A DNA stretch of 50,023 bases, taken from Reclinomonas americana ATCC 50394 (lineage: Eukaryota). The notes under the pieces were generated by a model. The model was not told where the DNA came from. It saw only the letters and a program-made list of their open reading frames with translations, and searched no databases. Both the position numbers and the translations under genes were made by a program. Positions 44,401 to 50,023 of this stretch are shown here, piece after piece; positions within the stretch are counted from its first letter, which is position 1, and the number at the start of each line of letters is the position of its first letter. The stretch covers positions 102,135-152,157 of the forward strand of contig PS015043.1 in assembly GCA_048213135.1 (NCBI GenBank). The letters run 5' to 3'.

Positions 44401-45925
44401 AGTAAGCGGGAGAGAGAAAGTGACGTAGGCAATCCAGTCAACGCATTTAGAACGTAGAGGAGAAAGAGAGAAAGAGTGAAGATAACGCGATTGCTCGTGA
44501 ATGCAGGAAAGCACCGGCAACGGAGAGAGCGCGAGATTAGAGAGTGAGTAAGGCAATGAAGTCGACGCAGACACGGGAGAGTGCGACTGATTGTCAAAGA
44601 AAGAAACAGAAGCGCGCGAGAGAGGAAGGAAGGAGGACAACCCAGTCTACGAATAGCGAGTGTTCAAAAGAGAGGAGAACGCGCAAGAGAGAGAGAGAAA
44701 CTGCCGCGTGTGGGTACTCAAACACACACGAATCGACAGAGAGAGTAACAAACCTCATCAAACGCCGCAAACATGCTTGAATAGGCAGAGCAGCAGTCGT
44801 CATCCGAGGGTGCCGAGGAGGCCGCGGCCGCCACTCCGCCGGCGACTGGCGAGTGTGAGCGGTTGCGGTGTGGGCGGCAGCCACTGCAGACGCGCCGCTG
44901 GTGGTGGTGTTGGATGTGGTTGTGGTGGTGGTGGGATGGGGGTTGGTGATAGTGGTGGTGGTGATGGTGGCGGTACATGTCGTGGGGTTGCTTGAGGCGC
45001 ACGTGGGGTGGTTGGTGCTGGTGTTTTGTCCGGGAGGTGTGTTGGCAGGGTGACCAGCGGGGGGCTGCGAGTGGGGAAGGGAAGATATGAAGGATGAGAA
45101 CAAGATACGGAGTGGGCGAAGGACGGTAAAGGAGAGAACGCAGAAACGACGGAAAGAAGCACCAGTGAAAAAGGGAAAGAGAGTTTGTTGGCGAGGCGCG
45201 AATGAGTGAGAAAGAGGATATGGCGGGCGGGCGGGCAGGTGAGTGAGTTGAAGTGGCTCAAGTGAGTGCATATGAGAGCAACACATGGGAGAGAGAGGGA
45301 AGATGTGTAGAGTTAAGAGAGGAGAAAGAAAGGCGTGAAAAGAGGAGGCGAAGCAGAAACAGGGGTTGGAGAGGGCCCAAATGAGGGAGAAGTGAGTGAA
45401 CACGAAAAAGTGTTGCAGAGAGAGCAAGATACGGGAGTGGAAGACGTGTGGAGAATTGAGAGGAGACAGGAAGGCGTGAAGAGAGGAGGCAAAGCAGAAA
45501 CGGGGGTTGGAGAGGGCCCAAATGAACGACAATGGGGAACTATATGCGGACAGTGAGAGAAAGAACGAGAGCAAGACGGTTGGAGAGGGCCCAAACAAGC
45601 GAGAGTGCGAGAGCAAGTGAAGCGAACAAAGATAGGCAAGAATGAGGGCGAGGAGAGCAATAGGAAGCACATGTTGGAGAGAAAGAGAGTGAGGCAGAGA
45701 CACTGAGAAGAAGAGCAGCGGAGTGATTGAGCACAGCGCAGTGAGAATGTGCGTGACTGCGACCATTCTTTCTCTCTCTCTCTCTCACACAGCGCACACT
45801 CAAAGAACACTCTCTCCACGACGTGTCGAGCATAATCGAGGAAAACACCAACAAAAAGGCATCCAACNNNNNNNNNNNNNNNNNNNNNNNNNNNNNNNNN
45901 NNNNNNNNNNNNNNNNNNNNNNNNN

Positions 45926-45983
<58 letters not shown>

Positions 45984-46435
45984 AGAATAGTGAGTCAGTG
46001 TGTGTGAGAGTGAGCGGGAGAATGAGTGATTGTGTGAGCAAGAGAGAGTGAGAGTGAGTGTATGAGTGTGTGAGTGCGCGTGCGCGTGAGAGCGAGAACG
46101 AGCCTGTGAGTCAGAAAGCGCGCGCGCGCTGTGTGCTGTTCCCCCACTCACTCACACACACGAGCGCATCTCTCACCTTGCTCCTCCTCCTCCTCCTCGT
46201 CTTCCTCCGCGCCACCAGCCTCCGCCTCAACTACCCTTTTCATAGCCATTACCATCGATTCTCCTTCCGCGCCTTCCACACTCTGATGATGATGATCAGC
46301 AGCAGCAGCAGCGGAAGCAGTAGCCGTTGTTGTTGTGAGTGTGACTGTGACTGTTGTTGTTGTTGTTGTAATGGGCGTTGTTGCTGCTGCTGCGCTCAGT
46401 GGTGGTTGCGGCTCACCACCACCAGTGATCACCAT
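41490..46435 (-). CDS. Dual-specificity MAP kinase phosphatase (rhodanese-like + DSP domains), His-rich N-terminus
   Basis: LLIVDCRS (rhodanese-like), PSEILPHLFLGS, VTHVLNCA, VLVHCFMGMSRSAAVVVA, FVKSKRDIVQL|NPGFVRELQQYE; the start codon at 46435 is inferred. Confidence 0.88.
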
Positions 46436-47414
46436 TGTCTCTCTGAGGCCTCCTCTTTGCTCTCACTGCTGCTGTGGTTGATATGGTAGTGTCCGTCGAG
46501 TCGAGTCAACGTCCAAATGGATGCAGATTGCAAGTTGCTCCTTTGTTGTTCTCGCTCCCTTGTGCTTCGTATGTGACCGTTTGATGTTGGCGCCCTTGGC
46601 ACGCTTTCCCGCTGGTGATGGGGATGATTGGCGCGGGATGTCTTGACCTTTTTTAGGGTGTGTGTCCTCTGACGTTGGTATTGGTGACCCTTGCCTGCAG
46701 TCTGGTTCTGAACGAACTCTTGTAGCCTATGATCGCCGTCTCCCTTCCTCTTGCCTCCTCTTTGCTCTCACTGCTGCTGAGGTTGATATGGGTGTCCGTC
46801 GAGTCGAGTCAACGTCCAAATGGATGCAGATTGCAAGTTGCTCCTTCCCTGCTCAGCGGCTTGTGTTGAGCGATTTGTGACCGTTTGGTGTTGGCGCCCT
46901 TGGCACGCTTTCCCACTGGTGATGGGGATGATTGGCGGCAAGGATCTTGACCTTTTTTGATGTGTCCTCTGACGTTGGTATTGGTGACGTCGACCCTTGC
47001 CTCCTGTCGAGATCGGAACGCGCTCCTGTGGCTATGATCGCCGTCTCTCTTGGTCCCTCTCGCCACCTCTTCGCTCCTTCTGTTGCGTGTGGTTGATATG
47101 GGTGTCCGTCGAGTCGAGTCAACGTCCAAATGGATGCAGATTGCAAGTTGCTCCTTTGTTGTTCTCGCTCCCTTGTGCTTGATATGTGACCGTTTGATGT
47201 TGGCGCCCTTGGCACGCTTTCCCGCTGGTGATGGGGATGATTTGATGGCTGAGTCTTGACCTTTTTTGACGTGTCCTCTGACGTTGGTATTGGGGAGCAT
47301 TGTCGACTCTGTCCGATTCTGAACACACTCCTGTCACCTATGATCACCGTCTCTCTTCATCTCGCCTCTGTGCTCCCACCTTTGCTCGTGGTTGATATGG
47401 TGTCCGTCGAGTCG
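46427..47414. repeat. Tandem array of ~305-bp complex unit (~3.3 copies)
   Basis: GGTTGATATGG..GTCCGTCGAGTCGA starts at 46476, 46781, 47091 and 47390. Confidence 0.92.
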
Positions 47415-47805
47415 ACCGGTACCGTCGCGACGTCGAGACCAGCTGGAACCAGCGATTGTGGCTGTGACTCGAGCAGGTCCAGGTGCCGATGCACAGGTGG
47501 CGAAAGTGCTGAATGTGGGGCTCATCGTAACGTAGCCAAAGGACGAAGAGGCACTGCAGAAGGCGCACGACCGCAAGTTGGCGAAGTATGCCGAGCTGGT
47601 GGAGAAGTTCCGAAGGCACACGGCCGCGGAGCAGTGGTCCCTCACGGTGGACCGTGTGCGCAGACTATCCGGGCGTCGTTGAAGAAGCTGGGCATTGAGG
47701 GCGGCCAGCTGCGCCGAGTGGTGGACAGATGCTGCGTGGAGACCCTGCGGGCGCGCGGACTATGCGATGTTCGCTTTCCGCTGTGCAGGTGGCAAGCCGG
47801 CTGAA
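47415..47805 (+). mobile_element. Decayed 3' end of an RLE-type (R2-group) non-LTR retrotransposon
   Basis: LEPAIVAV...KVLNVGLIVT*PKDEEALQKAHDRKLAKYAELVEKF, then after a frameshift QTIRASLKKLGIEGGQLRRVVDRCCVETLR. This fits the RLE pattern (PD..D/E..VP..A...KxxKY..L...LxxLGI), with an in-frame stop and degenerate catalytic residues. Confidence 0.7.
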
Positions 47806-48187
47806 AACCGGAGCCAGGCAACCAATCTCCCACCCACAGCAGCTGCGCCGCGCGCAGCCTCAGGGCAACTAGAACCATCGCGTCGCGTTCTGGTGGTGCT
47901 TGTGAAGGAAGTGAGTTTAGGAGAGGAGAGTGGCGCATCAGGCAGCCGAGGGGTTGAAGATGAAAGCGCATAATTTCACTCGCCAGCCTCCCTGAGAGCA
48001 CACGGAGTATGAGTAAATCTCTTGAGGTAGGGCGCTGCGGGCGGGGCCGATGCAGCCCCAGAGAAAGAGAGCCCTCACAGCAGTGAGTTTCTCTCATTGT
48101 TGTTGTTGTTCGTGTCGTCACCTCAGACTTCACACACTCTTCGTTCGCTTTCCGCGCTCTCCCAGACGAGGATGCACTTGCCACTCA

Positions 48188-48775
48188 CCAGTGGATGACG
48201 GTGTTGACGGAACGGCGTTGCACAATACTTCCAACACGTGCATCGCCACAGTCACATCCTGCCGCGTGGCACCATACTCTTCTGTGAGCCGATGTAGATC
48301 TTCCAGCACATCACTCAACGCCGCATCCGCGAACACGCTGGCACAGCCTTCAGGGACGTGGAGATGCGTCTTTTTCGCCACGTACTCACACAGTGAAATG
48401 AAGTACGGCGGAGCGCTGTGATAGGGGATATATGATGAGGACAATGACTCCGAGCTTAACGCCGTAGAGAGCACTGACTTTGCAGCAGTTGATGCCATCG
48501 ACGGCGTTAGAAAACAAAAAAACCGTAGACGGCTGGTCTTGCTCGCCAACTGTCGATTGTCTCTGTCCCCCCAACTGCAGGAGACGGAATCGCTGTGTCG
48601 TGTGAGCACCGTGGCCGTCTGGTATTGGCGCCTTGTGACACCTGCTTCTGTCGCCAGCGTACCCAAAGAGCTGCAAGGATCAAGACTTTGCCACATGGGC
48701 AACACCTGCTGTCGCACTGTTCAACCGTCTACCGCACTTCTCACCGCATCCCTCCACGCAGAGCGCTTGACCACC
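48188..48775 (-). pseudogene. Possible degraded exon(s), weak WD40-like motif
   Basis: Coding-like composition bounded by cag| and |GTGAGT, with an in-frame TGA and TATVLTRHSDSVSC followed by an apparent frameshift. Confidence 0.25.
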
Positions 48776-48973
48776 TGCTTGCTCCACACCAACATCGCCA
48801 CATGCTCACTATCCCGCACGACAACTTGCACTGCCCGAAGTGCAACCCTTCATAACTTCGCCGCACCTCGCACTGCATCCCTCACCTTGTGCACACAGGC
48901 CCACTCACCAAACACACTCCGTTCACTCACTTTTCTCCCCACCACTCCCTTTCTCTCCGCCGTGACGATAATA

Positions 48974-49775
48974 TCACTTTTGCAAGTGATTCGGCGCGGA
49001 CTCAAACGCCGTCTTCCACATGTACCTGTGTGAAGACATCAAGTGAGGCCATGCTCCCTCTCTCCTCCCTCTCCACCGCACGCGACGCAACGCTTGTCCC
49101 AACAGCACTTCCACATTCTCGTACGTCCAGTCGCGTGTCGGCGGCGACTGAATAAACAGAATCATTTCGCTAAAGTCCATGGACTGCAGATCCCGCGAGA
49201 AACCGAGCAGGAAGGCCGCGCACACGTACACGTGTAGCACGGCGAAACCGTCACCCTCGGCGAGGTATGTGTCCTACACAGCAGGAAAGGGACAGCAATA
49301 AACAAAAGTGCGCGGGCAGAGCAGATCATGATGATCGTAACTCACCCACACGCGCACCACCATTGACATTGGCAGTTCCCTCATCAGCAGGCAATTCATC
49401 CAGCGGAACGCGAACTGCAGAAACTCCAGTCCTTCGTCGCGCAGTGCGTGCCACAGTGGCTCTGTGGATGCCGGAGTGAGAGAAAGAAAGACAAGAAAGA
49501 ACATGGTGGAAGGAGATCACCATCTAGCCTTCGCACGAGCTCCTCGAGCTTGCGAACTAGCCGCTGAATGCCGGGTTGAGCAAAGGTGTAGTGATCCTGC
49601 ACAGAGCGGTGTGATGAGCGGAGGAGGAGGATAGGAGGGTGAGGGTGGGTGGCGCACGCACCTGGATGCTGTCGATCAACTTTGAAAAGCACCAATACGA
49701 GTCGGCCTCCACTTCGCGCAGCACCGCCTCGTCGAACTTGGCTTCTTGCGGGCCGACCAGCAGCACGTCGTCCTC
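48974..49775 (-). CDS. TBC1D22: TBC-domain Rab GAP of the TBC1D22/Gyp1 family, 3' exons (gene continues beyond the window)
   Basis: VEADSYWCFSKLIDSIQ|DHYTFAQPGIQRLV...|LEFLQFAFRWMNCLLMRE...VW|DTYLAEGDGFAVLHVYVCAAFL...LLGQA|YMWKTAFESAPNHLQK*. Confidence 0.93.
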
Positions 49776-49912
49776 TATTGTTAAGTCAGCAAAGGGGGAG
49801 GGGAGACTCGAAGGGCGGCAAAGAGCGCAAAGCTAATGACCGCGAAAGTGGCTCTCGTAAGCACACACTCTTGCATATTTCCAGGTTGATATCTACTGTA
49901 TGTATCACTCCG

Positions 49913-50023
<111 letters not shown>

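Noticed and set aside
46476-47414. Hammerhead retrozyme, CRISPR array, tRNA, 5S or U6 identity for the 305-bp repeat
   Set aside because: I found no conserved CTGAnGA/GAAA core, no short repeat-spacer structure and no recognisable tRNA, 5S or U6 motifs by eye. The ORFs spanning the units are not kept in frame in all copies.

Overview
Gappy draft-assembly window from an intron-rich, microsatellite-rich microbial eukaryote, probably flagellated (it carries a TTC29-like fragment). It uses the standard genetic code. Manual splicing recovers about 13 multi-exon genes: RING/Zn-finger/TPR protein, unknown coiled-coil protein, two tandem multi-TM paralogs, small SET protein, RPS5, Crinkler-like REase+kinase, a ~27-exon TerD+LRR fusion, WD40 protein, GlxK-type glycerate kinase, THOC5, MAPK-phosphatase-type DUSP and the 3' part of a TBC1D22/Gyp1 RabGAP. 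It also holds a TTC29-like fragment inside a repeat array, a ~305-bp tandem array and a decayed RLE non-LTR retrotransposon end. The strongest unexplained signal is in the splicing code: at least 23 introns in 7 genes start with a shifted donor GTTGCG(T) (= GTGCGT plus one T), almost always after a non-G exon end. Alongside these are GC-AG introns, CTCAC branch motifs and micro-exons down to 3 nt. Three small gap-bounded contigs carry exons in the wrong orientation, most likely through scaffolding errors. All gene models come from manual reading and motif recognition; no database search was run.
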